Assembly: GCA_012270885.1 (NCBI GenBank)
Contig: JAAXHN010000009.1
Coordinates: 48,571-112,570 of the forward strand
From: Acidimicrobiia bacterium
Lineage (GTDB): Bacteria > Actinomycetota > Acidimicrobiia > Spongiisociales > ZC4RG35
Direction of reading: 5' to 3'
DNA length: 64,000 nt
Part shown: piece by piece, positions 55,408 to 64,000 of the stretch
Position numbering within the stretch: position 1 is the stretch's first letter
Layout of the letters: every line of letters begins with the position of its first letter
Program-made: the position numbers and the translations under genes
The notes under the pieces: generated by a model
The model's input: the letters and a program-made list of their open reading frames with translations, nothing else
The model's database searches: none
Told to the model about the DNA's origin: nothing

Positions 55408-55788
55408 GACAGGCTCAAAAAACGTCACCTGGCGTTTTTCATTCTTGGGTTTACCCTCCCGACCCGCCGCCGCCGTTCCGGTTGAATTTTTCCGGATGGG
55501 CGCAGGCCCTTCAGAAACCGAGGATCTGGTGATCGGCTAGTTAGCTCCCAGTCCGGAGATAGCGAGTGGATATCTCCGGAGACGGGAGACTTGACGATGA
55601 TCGACTTTGGCCCGGGCCATTCGTGATGTTTGTTCCAGACAGCGTGGTCGGGTGGTGAGACATTCGGCCAGGGGGTGGTTCCCCCGGGTTTCGCAACTGA
55701 GAGATTCTTTTTCCACCTTGGGGATGGGAGACAGTTCCGGAGACGGTCCGGCTGTCCACAAGGCCCTCCCGGGAAGGTGGGTACGTCT

Positions 55789-56562
55789 ATGCTGGGCCGG
55801 GTGGTGACCACCACCGTACCCCGGTTGCGCAAGTCCATCGCCGCCCGTCCCCCGGGGTTGAAGGCGGAGCGGGAGATGTGGGAGGCGGGCCGGGAGGTGG
55901 TGGCCGGGATGGACGAGGTGGGCAGGGGAGCATGGGCGGGGCCGATCACGGTGGGAGCGGTGGTGGCGCCCCGGAATCGCCGCGTCTACAAGGTCCGGGA
56001 CTCCAAGCTCCTCAAGCCCTCGGAACGGGAGGCTCTTTTCGACCGGATCGCCGGTTGGTGCGTGGCCTGGGCGGTTGGGCACGCCAGCGCAGCGGAGTGC
56101 GATCGGCTGGGGATGTCCGACGCCCAGCGGTTGGCGGCTCGCCGAGCCCTCGCCGGGCTGGGTATGCCGGTGGACGGGGTGCTGGTCGACGGCCGGTGGG
56201 ACTTCGTGGGCCATCGGATGACCCGGCGGATAGTGGGGGGTGATCGAACTTCCCTCTCGATCGCCGCCGCCTCTGTCCTTGCCAAGGTGACCCGCGACCG
56301 GATGATGATCACCGAATCCCCCCGCTTTCCCGCCTACAACTTCGAGGACAACAAGGGATACCCCTGTCCGGTGCACCGGGCGGCCCTGCACGCGGTTGGC
56401 CCGAGCGCCATTCACCGGCGGTCCTGGGTATTCATGGAAGGCCTGGTCTGGACGGGCGTTCCCCGGCACCGCCGTCCGGATTCCCAGGGCGTCCTCCCGT
56501 TCGAGGACTCGCCGTCTCGCGCCCACCTCTTTCCCCCTCCCGCCAGCAATAACGTTGGCTAG
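55789..56562 (+). CDS. rnhB: ribonuclease HII
   Basis: GMDEVGRGAWAGPITVGAVV ... DSKLL. ATG 55789 was chosen and the start is uncertain. Confidence 0.85.
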   Translation: MLGRVVTTTVPRLRKSIAARPPGLKAEREMWEAGREVVAGMDEVGRGAWAGPITVGAVVAPRNRRVYKVRDSKLLKPSEREALFDRIAGWCVAWAVGHASAAECDRLGMSDAQRLAARRALAGLGMPVDGVLVDGRWDFVGHRMTRRIVGGDRTSLSIAAASVLAKVTRDRMMITESPRFPAYNFEDNKGYPCPVHRAALHAVGPSAIHRRSWVFMEGLVWTGVPRHRRPDSQGVLPFEDSPSRAHLFPPPASNNVG

Positions 56563-56596
56563 CCTGCCCCGAAGGCCTAGAATGTCCTAGCACAAC

Positions 56597-59098
56597 GTGG
56601 CTACCAGGACGCCCACCCGTCGGAGGCAGAGCGGGCGGAGGCGGGTGTCCTCCAGGAAAACCAAAAAGCCGGTCAAAGGGAAGTCGGCACCCAGGCGGCC
56701 GGTGAGTCCCCCTCAACCCAAGTTGCCCCTGCGGAGTCGGCTGTGGTCGGCCGCCTCGGACCGGATAGGCAAGGTGGGCGCCGAGGCGTGGGGAGTGATC
56801 CTCGTGTTGTTCTCGGTTATCCTCACCCTGTTTCTGGTGGGCGCCGGAGGACCGGCGGGAGGGGCGGTCAAAACCGCATTTACGTACCTGTTCGGTCAGT
56901 GGTCCGCCTTGACTCCCCTCGCCCTGCTGGGAATGGGCTTGGTGCTGGTTTTGGGAAAGCCGGCCTTGAGCAAGCGACGGCTCTTCTTCGGGGTGACGGT
57001 GTTCTTCTTCTCAACCCTGGGGCTGTTCCATCTCCTGACCGGCGCTCCCTCCCTGGCGAGCGGGGCCGAGGTCATCGGAGAACGCGGCGGGGCAGTGGGA
57101 GCGCTGGTCGCCTTTCCCCTCCAGCGCTCGATCGGGTACGCCTCTACTTTCGTGATCCTGGTGGGGGGAGTGACGATGAGCATCCTGCTGGTCAGCAGGA
57201 CACCGCTCCGAGAGTTCTTTGTGGCCTTGGGGGAGTTGGTGGTGTGGGCGCCCCGGATGATTCGTCGGCGACGGGCGCTGTCCCGCATCTCCAAGGCGGT
57301 GGCGGCCTCCGCGCCGAAATCGTCGTCGACGGTCGCGCATGCGCAGGCCAGGACCGCCGGGAGGCGCCGGGGATGGCGAAGGAGATCCCTCGGGTCGGGG
57401 CCGTGGCCGATCGCTCAGGTAGTGCAAGTTCCGGACACCGATCCCGTGGTTCCGGAGGCGGAGGTCGTCGAGGTGTTGGAAGGGGATCCGGAGACCGAGA
57501 CCGTCGTTCCGGGTTCACCTCGCCTGCAGGTGGTGGAGGATTCCCCCCCGGGCGGTTCGGACCTGTCCGGGCAAAACGGGCGGGTGAGCGAAGCGGGAGA
57601 CACACCGGCCGGCCGTGCTCCTGCTGAGAAGGCTGCCCCGGACGGCGGGGCCACTTCATCCTCCGAATACCGCCTTCCCCCGCTCGATCTGTTGAGGAAG
57701 GGAGGAAAGGCGACGGGCAATTCCGAAGGCCTGAAAACCACCGCCGCCGCCCTGCGCAAGGCTCTGTCGGACCACGGGGTGGATGCCCGGATCACGGGAG
57801 TGGTTTCGGGGCCTTCGGTTACCCGTTTCGAGATAGAACTGGCCCCCGGGGTGAAGGTGCAGAAACTGTCGGCTCTCTCCAACGACATCGCCTATGCCCT
57901 GGCCACCCCGGATGTACGGCTGCTGGTTCCCATCCCGGGTCGCTCGGCGATCGGCGTTGAGGTTCCCAACGTGCAGCGGCGAATTGTGAGGCTGGGTGAC
58001 ATCCTGTCCAGCCCCGAGGCCCGGGGGGACCACGGTCCCCTAGTGGTGGGGCTGGGGATGGACATCAGCGGTAAGCCATGTTTCCTCGATCTGGCTGAGC
58101 TTCCCCACGTGCTGATCGCCGGCGCCACCGGGGCTGGTAAGTCGTCCTGCATCAACTCCATGATCACCTCACTCCTGACCAGGGCCCGTCCCGAGGATCT
58201 CAAGCTGGTCCTGGTTGATCCCAAGCGGGTGGAGTTGCGCCAGTACGAGGGCGCTCCCCATCTTCTCACCAGGGTGATCACCGATCCGAAGAAAGCCGCC
58301 GAGGCTCTCAAATGGGTCGTGGCCGAGATGGACCGCCGTTACGACCTTCTGGCCGAGGCGGAGGTCCGGGACATCTCCGGCTACGCGGCGAAGTGGAGGA
58401 TGGGACCGCTGGATCCGAAGGAGTTCGATCTCTTCCCCTATCTGGTGGTGGTGGTGGACGAGCTGAACGACCTGATGATGGTGGCGGGGCGGGAGGTGGA
58501 GATGGCGATCGTGCGCATCGCCCAGATGGCCCGGGCGGTCGGCATCCACTTGGTGCTGGCCACCCAGCGCCCGTCGGTGAACGTGATCACCGGTGTGATC
58601 AAGGCCAATGTCCCTTCCCGGCTGGCGTTCAGCGTGGCGTCCCAGACCGACAGCCGGGTGATCATAGACTCGGTCGGCGCCGAGAAGCTGGTGGGACAGG
58701 GTGACATGCTGGTTGTGACCGCCCGCCAACCCCGACCCCAGCGGATTCAGGGAGCCTGGGTCGACGAGGCCGAAATTGCCCGGGTGGTTTCCTGGGTGAC
58801 CCGGCAGGGCCGTCGGGAGGGGTCGATCGACGAACTGCTGGAAACGGCCCTCTCCGCAAGGTCGGCCGGGGCTCCTGCCGAGGACGACGATGACGAGGAG
58901 TTGCTGAGACAGGCAATGGAGCTGGTGGTTCGCTCCCAACTCGGCTCCACGTCCATGCTGCAGAGAAAACTGCGGGTTGGATTCGCCCGGGCCGGCCGCC
59001 TGATGGACATCCTGGAGCGTCGCGGGGTGGTGGGACCCTCCCTCGGGTCGAAGGCTCGGGAGGTGCTGATCGGTCCCGACGAGTTGGGAGTTCGCTGA
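56597..59098 (+). CDS. ftsK: DNA translocase FtsK
   Basis: It has N-terminal TM segments, a Pro/Gly-rich linker, Walker A GATGAGKS, Walker B VVVVDELNDL and the gamma domain SMLQRKLRVGFARAGRLMDILE. Confidence 0.95.
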   Translation: MATRTPTRRRQSGRRRVSSRKTKKPVKGKSAPRRPVSPPQPKLPLRSRLWSAASDRIGKVGAEAWGVILVLFSVILTLFLVGAGGPAGGAVKTAFTYLFGQWSALTPLALLGMGLVLVLGKPALSKRRLFFGVTVFFFSTLGLFHLLTGAPSLASGAEVIGERGGAVGALVAFPLQRSIGYASTFVILVGGVTMSILLVSRTPLREFFVALGELVVWAPRMIRRRRALSRISKAVAASAPKSSSTVAHAQARTAGRRRGWRRRSLGSGPWPIAQVVQVPDTDPVVPEAEVVEVLEGDPETETVVPGSPRLQVVEDSPPGGSDLSGQNGRVSEAGDTPAGRAPAEKAAPDGGATSSSEYRLPPLDLLRKGGKATGNSEGLKTTAAALRKALSDHGVDARITGVVSGPSVTRFEIELAPGVKVQKLSALSNDIAYALATPDVRLLVPIPGRSAIGVEVPNVQRRIVRLGDILSSPEARGDHGPLVVGLGMDISGKPCFLDLAELPHVLIAGATGAGKSSCINSMITSLLTRARPEDLKLVLVDPKRVELRQYEGAPHLLTRVITDPKKAAEALKWVVAEMDRRYDLLAEAEVRDISGYAAKWRMGPLDPKEFDLFPYLVVVVDELNDLMMVAGREVEMAIVRIAQMARAVGIHLVLATQRPSVNVITGVIKANVPSRLAFSVASQTDSRVIIDSVGAEKLVGQGDMLVVTARQPRPQRIQGAWVDEAEIARVVSWVTRQGRREGSIDELLETALSARSAGAPAEDDDDEELLRQAMELVVRSQLGSTSMLQRKLRVGFARAGRLMDILERRGVVGPSLGSKAREVLIGPDELGVR

Positions 59099-59199
59099 CC
59101 CACCGGCGGGGGGCATCCCGTCGGCGTGCGGGTCCCGCAGTTGAAGACCGCCCCGGCCGGGGGTGGTAGTCTGGCGTTCACCCCGGCCATTATCCAGCT

Positions 59200-59853
59200 G
59201 TGGAGTTTGACCGGCTAACCTCCGCCGGGCGAAAGGTAGTGAACGATTTGAAAGTCCCTCCCGCCCTGGCGTCTGTCGCCAAGGTAACCGACTGGACAGT
59301 TCGGTCCTACATCAAGGTCGCCGACGGTCTGACCGATGCGGCGGGTTGGATTGCCCGGGCGCTGGTGTTGATCCTCATCCCTATCGGCTTTTTGAACGTC
59401 TTCCTTCGCTACGTGGGCCAGTATGTGCAGGCACAGCTCGTCAACAACACCTGGATCGAGGCGCAGTGGTACCTGTACGGGGTGATTTTCCTTCTGATGT
59501 TCCCCTACCTCCTCCGCTACGACGGCAACGTGCGGGTCGACTTCTGGTACGCCGAGCGCACCGACCGCGTCAAGGCCCGGATCGACCTGATCGGACATCT
59601 GGTCGGGCTGATCCCGTTCACACTGCTCGCCATCTGGGTTTCGTGGAAACCGGTTCGGGAAGCATGGGTGTACTGGGAGATGTCGCCCGATCCGGGCGGT
59701 CTCCCCCGGGCGCCGATCAAGGCTTTGATCCTGGTGGCGTTCATACTCCTGGGAATCCAGGCGCTGGCCTCCCTGATTCGCCTGGCGGCGTTCTTCACCG
59801 GGCGGGACGAGGAACTGTTCTTGGGACGCGAAGCTCCCATGAGAATCGAGTGA
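59200..59853 (+). CDS. TRAP transporter small permease subunit (DctQ type)
   Basis: It has four hydrophobic spans and lies immediately upstream of the DctM-type gene. The start is uncertain (GTG 59200 or GTG 59239). Confidence 0.7.
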   Translation: MEFDRLTSAGRKVVNDLKVPPALASVAKVTDWTVRSYIKVADGLTDAAGWIARALVLILIPIGFLNVFLRYVGQYVQAQLVNNTWIEAQWYLYGVIFLLMFPYLLRYDGNVRVDFWYAERTDRVKARIDLIGHLVGLIPFTLLAIWVSWKPVREAWVYWEMSPDPGGLPRAPIKALILVAFILLGIQALASLIRLAAFFTGRDEELFLGREAPMRIE

Positions 59854-59890
59854 TGAGAGCCGGCCTCCGAGCGACGACGAGGATCGGCTG

Positions 59891-61255
59891 ATGAGCGTCG
59901 AGTGGCTTGCCATCGTCATGTTCGCGGTCTTTCTCGTTCTGCTGCTGGCGGGGTATCCGGTGGCGTTCTCCTTCGCCGGCACCGCCATCGTTTTCGGGGC
60001 AATCGGCATCCTCCTGGGGGAGTTCGATTTCAACCGGCTGATCATCCTGTTCAGCCGATGGTTCAAGGCGGTGGACAACTTCACCCTGCTGGCGGTTCCC
60101 TTTTTCGTCTTCATGGGGGCGATATTGGAGAAGTCCGGTTTGGCGGAACGTATGTTGACCACCATCGGCATGGCCCTCGGGCGCCTGAAGGGCGGATTGG
60201 GTTTGACGGTGGTCCTGGTTGGAGCCATGCTGGCGGCAGCCACCGGCGTGGTAGCTGCAACCGTGATCGTCATGGGTCTCCTCTCCCTTCCCACCATGGT
60301 GCGCTACGGCTACGACCACCGCCTCGCCACCGGGCTGATCACCGCTTCGGGGACCCTGGCCCAGCTCTTGCCGCCCTCTCTCGTGCTGATCCTCCTGGCC
60401 CAGGTGGTGGGAGTCTCGGTGGGGGATCTGTTCCTGGGCGCCATGGTTCCGGGCTTCATGCTGGCGGCTATATACGGGCTCTATGTCATCTACCGCGCCT
60501 ACAAGGACCCGGAGGCGGCGCCTGCCCTGCCTGACGAAGCCCGGACCATCCGGGGTCTGCGCCTCGCACGAGAACTCCTGATCGCGGTCGTGCCGGTGAT
60601 CCTGCTGATCCTGGCGGTGCTGGGCTCGATCTTCACCGGCATCGCCACCCCCACCGAGGCGGGAGCAGTCGGCGCCACCACCGCCGTGGCCCTGGCGGTC
60701 GCCAACCGGAACCTGAACCGCTCCGTTCTGGTCGGAGCGTCCCGGTCCACGGCCAGCATAACCGGCCTGGTCCTGATGATCCTCTTCTGCTCGACCTTCT
60801 TCCAACTGGTCTTTGATCAACTCGGCGGCCAACGCCTCGCCCAGGAGATCCTCACCGGTCTTCCCGGAGGGTTCTGGGGTTTCATCATCATCGCCAACAT
60901 CGCCGTGTTCCTTTTGGGGATCAACCTGGAGTTCATCGAGATCACCTTCATAGTGATGCCCATCTTCGTGCCTGCGGTGAAGGTGCTGTTCGAAACCGGC
61001 GCAACTCCCTTCGACACCCTTCCGGCACTGATGATCTGGTTCACCGTGATGATGGCCATCAACCTCAACATGGCCTTCATCTCCCCTCCGGTGGGCTTCT
61101 CCCTCTTCTACCTGCAGAGCGTGGCGCCTCCCGAGGTGAGGACGGCTGACATCCACAGGGGCGCCCTGCCTTTCATGGTCCTCCAGGGCTTGGCGCTGGT
61201 GCTGGTGATGATCTTCCCCCAGACCGTGATCTGGTTGCCGAGCGTGATCGGCTGA
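59891..61255 (+). CDS. TRAP transporter large permease subunit (DctM type)
   Basis: 454 aa and polytopic, with [23 protein letters not shown]. Confidence 0.9.
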   Translation: MSVEWLAIVMFAVFLVLLLAGYPVAFSFAGTAIVFGAIGILLGEFDFNRLIILFSRWFKAVDNFTLLAVPFFVFMGAILEKSGLAERMLTTIGMALGRLKGGLGLTVVLVGAMLAAATGVVAATVIVMGLLSLPTMVRYGYDHRLATGLITASGTLAQLLPPSLVLILLAQVVGVSVGDLFLGAMVPGFMLAAIYGLYVIYRAYKDPEAAPALPDEARTIRGLRLARELLIAVVPVILLILAVLGSIFTGIATPTEAGAVGATTAVALAVANRNLNRSVLVGASRSTASITGLVLMILFCSTFFQLVFDQLGGQRLAQEILTGLPGGFWGFIIIANIAVFLLGINLEFIEITFIVMPIFVPAVKVLFETGATPFDTLPALMIWFTVMMAINLNMAFISPPVGFSLFYLQSVAPPEVRTADIHRGALPFMVLQGLALVLVMIFPQTVIWLPSVIG

Positions 61256-61313
61256 GGCCTGTCCCTCCGACCGGGTCGCGCCTCTTTTGCCGCCTGGCTT
61301 CTATCAAATTGAA

Positions 61314-61341
61314 GGAGGGACGGGCAGAGGCCCGTCCCTCC
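61314..61341. terminator. perfect 12-bp-stem hairpin between convergent TRAP genes (likely a bidirectional intrinsic terminator)
   Basis: The sequence is ggagggacgggc-agag-gcccgtccctcc, followed by TTTG on the plus strand and flanked by an A/T-rich stretch (caaattgaa) on the other side. Confidence 0.6.
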
Positions 61342-61363
61342 TTTGCGTCTGGGCGAGGACCGA

Positions 61364-62584
61364 CTAAGCCCTGCGACCCGTCCAGCTGACCATGGCGGTC
61401 TCGGCGAGACCGTGCCACTGGGTGATTCCGGCGCGGAATTCCTTCCATGCCTCGTAGATCGTGGCGAAGTCGTCATCGGATGCCGCGGTCTCGTCGAACA
61501 ATTCGAAGGCCGCATCCTCGGATGCCTGCATCACGTCATCCGGGAAGGGACGCAACTCGATGTCGGACTGGAGGATCTCCGCCAGGGACACCGGGTTCTT
61601 GGCGTCGTAGCGGGCCATCATGGTGGCGTTAGCCCCGTAGGCCGCTGCTTCGACGATCGCCTGGTACTCCTCGGGCAGTTCGTTCCAGCGGGACAGTGGG
61701 ATGAACGTATCCAACTGCGGGCCCGGCTCCCACCACCCCGGGTAGTAGTAGTACGTGGACACCTGGTGGAAACCCATGGTGGTGTCGTCGTAGGGCCCCA
61801 CCCACTCGGTGGCGTCGATGGCGCCGGTCTGGAGAGCCTGGAAGATTTCGCCTCCGGGCAGCACCTGGACGGTGACCCCCAGCCGCTCCAGCACCTTGCC
61901 GCCGAAGCCCGGGATCCGCATGCGCAGACCCTCGAGATCGGCCACCGAGTTGATCTCCTTGTTGAACCAGCCTCCCATCTGCACGCCGGTGTTACCGGCC
62001 GGGAAGTTGATCACTCCGAAACGGTCGGCGTAGAAGTCCCGCATCAGGGGAAGTCCGCCTCCCTCGTACATCCACGCGTTCTGCTGGCGATAGGTCAGTC
62101 CAAACGGGAGTGCGGTCGAGAAGGCCGTTGCCGGGCTGAGACCCACGTAGTAGTAGGAAGCGGTGTGGCCGACCGGGATGGCGTCCTGCTGGACGTTCTG
62201 GAGCACCTCCAAGCCGGGGACGAGCTCGCCTCCCGCGCGGGGTGTGATCCGGAAGCGTCCACCTGAAAGGTTGCTGACCCGCTCGGCGAAGTCAACCGCG
62301 CCGCCGTAGATCGTGTCGAGCGACAGCGGCCAACTGGTGCCCATCTCCCACTCGATCTCCGGACCGCCTTCCGCAGCCACCACCTCGGCTGCCTCGGCGG
62401 CTGCCGTGGTGGCCGGCGCGGCGGTGGTGGCCGGCGTCTCTTCCTCTTCGCTGGCACAGGCAGCCACGGCGGTCAGCAGACCACCGGCTGCCACGGTCAT
62501 CCCGGCTTTCTTCAGAAAATCACGCCGGTCGACCTTGGTCTCGATTGTCTCTTCCAGGGAAGGTCTTGGGTTCTCATTTGCCAT
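61364..62584 (-). CDS. TRAP transporter substrate-binding protein (DctP family) with a Tat signal and lipobox
   Basis: Twin-arginine motif RRDFLKKAGMTVAAGGLLTAVAAC, followed by a Thr/Ala/Glu linker and a DctP-like body. Confidence 0.85.
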   Translation of the reverse strand: MANENPRPSLEETIETKVDRRDFLKKAGMTVAAGGLLTAVAACASEEEETPATTAAPATTAAAEAAEVVAAEGGPEIEWEMGTSWPLSLDTIYGGAVDFAERVSNLSGGRFRITPRAGGELVPGLEVLQNVQQDAIPVGHTASYYYVGLSPATAFSTALPFGLTYRQQNAWMYEGGGLPLMRDFYADRFGVINFPAGNTGVQMGGWFNKEINSVADLEGLRMRIPGFGGKVLERLGVTVQVLPGGEIFQALQTGAIDATEWVGPYDDTTMGFHQVSTYYYYPGWWEPGPQLDTFIPLSRWNELPEEYQAIVEAAAYGANATMMARYDAKNPVSLAEILQSDIELRPFPDDVMQASEDAAFELFDETAASDDDFATIYEAWKEFRAGITQWHGLAETAMVSWTGRRA

Positions 62585-62649
62585 CTCTTCTCCTTCCTGT
62601 CTCGTACCTTTTGCTTGGTGGTTTCATTCTATTGGGACTCACATACCTG

Positions 62650-62667
62650 ACACAACCGAGGTTGTGT
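62650..62667. promoter_or_regulatory. perfect palindrome ACACAACC-GA-GGTTGTGT in the divergent TRAP-SBP / deacetylase intergenic region (candidate operator)
   Basis: The palindrome has 8-bp arms and a 2-nt spacer. It lies in a lower-GC intergenic stretch 66 nt upstream of the SBP start codon. Confidence 0.3.
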
Positions 62668-62817
62668 TGGGTGACACTGTCCGGCGATGTCCACCAGCAA
62701 CCACCCGGCGAAGCGTGTCCCGGATGGTCGCATCTTGGCAGGCCGGCCCGCCGGGAGGGGCCCGGAGGGTTTATTGATCGAGATTGGACCGCTGCGTCCT
62801 TACCATTCGATGCAAGC

Positions 62818-63639
62818 GTGATCGGTTCTGGCAACATCCTTGCGGCGGGTGCGGTGGCACTGGTGGCCTTGTTGGGTGTCGGACCGCCCGGAGGAGGCGT
62901 CTCCGCCGGCTTCCACGCCGATCGGGTGCCCGTTTCACACCCCGAGGACCCTGCACCCGGACCGGATCCGGTGGAGAACCCGCGCCCGGTCGTCTACCTC
63001 ACCTTTGACGACGGGCCTCACCCCGTCTACACACCCCAGGTGCTGGAAGTCCTGGCTTCCCATGAGGTGAAGGCCACTTTCTTCGTGGTGGGGGACATGG
63101 TGCGGAGGTGGCCGGAGGCCGCCCGGCAGATAGTTGAGGAGGGCCACTCCATCCAATCGCATGCCTGGAATCATGACACCCTCACGGCATTCAGCCGCAA
63201 GGAATTCATTAGGGACATGAACAGGACCCAGACCGAACTGCTCTATGCCACCAAGACACAGGCCACCTGCCTGCGGCCTCCCTACGGCGCCACCAGTTCC
63301 AGGGTGGAGAAATGGGCGAACGAGTTGGGGCTGACCGTCGAACTGTGGGATGTGAGCGGAAGCGACTGGACCGACATCTCGGCCGGCGGGATCGCCAGGA
63401 GGGTGATACGCCGGGTGGCTCCGGGATCGGTTGTGCTCCTTCATGATGGGGGTGGTCCCCGCTCCCGCACGGTCTCCGCCCTGGAGGTAATCATTCCCGC
63501 CCTGTTGGAGGAGGATTACCGATTTGGACTGCTATGCCGTCCCAACCCGCTGTCCGTGGAGCCCGCGGTGTGTGCGTTCGCCCTTGCCTGGCCGAGGGTG
63601 GGAACCTGTGACCGTTACTGGCAGCAAGAGGTTCAGTAG
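62818..63639 (+). CDS. polysaccharide deacetylase (NodB homology domain) family protein
   Basis: VVYLTFDDGPHP, HSIQSHAWNH, LRPPYG. The GTG 62818 start gives an N-terminal TM anchor. The ORF-track start at 62545 would overlap the SBP gene. Confidence 0.8.
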   Translation: MIGSGNILAAGAVALVALLGVGPPGGGVSAGFHADRVPVSHPEDPAPGPDPVENPRPVVYLTFDDGPHPVYTPQVLEVLASHEVKATFFVVGDMVRRWPEAARQIVEEGHSIQSHAWNHDTLTAFSRKEFIRDMNRTQTELLYATKTQATCLRPPYGATSSRVEKWANELGLTVELWDVSGSDWTDISAGGIARRVIRRVAPGSVVLLHDGGGPRSRTVSALEVIIPALLEEDYRFGLLCRPNPLSVEPAVCAFALAWPRVGTCDRYWQQEVQ

Positions 63640-64000
63640 CGTCGGGCCGAGGCGGGAAGGCCCAATCCCTTCAGGCTGATGGCGAAACCCTCGGCCTGCA
63701 GGACTGCTGCAAGGGGGTGCTCGGCGGCGGGTAGGTCGTTGATCCGGTCTATCCGGAACCGGCGGTGGCGACTCCCCAGCTTGGCCAACCCTTCAGCCAG
63801 CATCTGGGAGGACAGCCCGCCTATGTCCCGCACTGTTAGCCGGCGGTGGTTCAAGAAGGCGGCCAACTCTCCGTTCCAAAGCGCCACATAGCAACCCGCA
63901 GCTCTGGCGAAACGGACCTCGTGGAGCTTGGGCCAGGGAATCGCCGCTCCGAAGGGGTTGGCGGGATCGGTGGCCGCCAGCACCACCAGCCGGGGCTCGG
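63633..64000 (-). CDS. C-terminal end of an Lhr-type ATP-dependent helicase (partial; the gene continues right of the window)
   Basis: AATDPANPFGAAIPWP and the following winged-helix-like tail are typical of Lhr C-termini (from memory). The frame is open to the window edge. Confidence 0.5.
   Translation of the reverse strand, partial: EPRLVVLAATDPANPFGAAIPWPKLHEVRFARAAGCYVALWNGELAAFLNHRRLTVRDIGGLSSQMLAEGLAKLGSRHRRFRIDRINDLPAAEHPLAAVLQAEGFAISLKGLGLPASARRY

Noticed and set aside
1-64000. CRISPR arrays, tRNA/rRNA genes, transposases, integrases and phage genes
   Set aside because: I scanned the window by eye for regularly spaced direct repeats, T-loop/anticodon-arm-like structures and recombinase motifs, and found none. 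A covariance-model or tRNAscan run would be needed to exclude small RNAs formally.

Overview
GC-rich (by eye roughly two-thirds G+C, with strongly G/C-biased third codon positions), densely coding chromosomal segment of an actinobacterial-type genome. The supporting signs are the gcvH-garA-MerR ... BFN-MerR gene order, a zinc-finger-less TopA with GRYGPY repeats and a basic tail, and F420-type PPOX/LLM enzymes. About 65 protein genes can be supported. I recognised no rRNA, tRNA, CRISPR array, transposase or integrase. Left to right the window holds: acyl-CoA/lipid catabolism genes (DUF35 + SCP-x-type thiolase, several ACADs, SDR, E1alpha/E1beta/E2 2-oxoacid dehydrogenase, acyl-CoA ligase, crotonase); ackA; an ICMT-family + sterol-C24-methyltransferase-like pair; a split Opp/Dpp-type ABC importer; ffh-rpsP-KH-rimM; topA; tmk-holB; gcvH-garA; a nine-gene purine operon on the minus strand (purSL-Q-C-E-K-F-D-M-N); gcvT; add; rnhB; ftsK; a TRAP transporter; and the 3' end of an Lhr-type helicase. 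Most interesting observations: (1) a visibly low-GC, translationally coupled two-gene cassette of unknown function (1426-2675) sits next to an L,D-transpeptidase remnant that has lost both ends, and is the best candidate here for an uncharacterised TA/defence-like module; (2) a decayed second hpt copy has its two pieces flanking the entire purine operon; (3) a sterol-methyltransferase-like gene is bracketed by a duplicated ICMT 5' fragment; (4) a PurS-PurS-PurL fusion has a separate PurQ; (5) a DUF1640 gene is broken by a homopolymer frameshift. Several gene relics in one window suggest a rearranging or decaying genome. All family assignments come from motif recognition by eye and memory of the families, not from database searches. 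Start codons were re-picked from the raw sequence where the ORF track over-extends.
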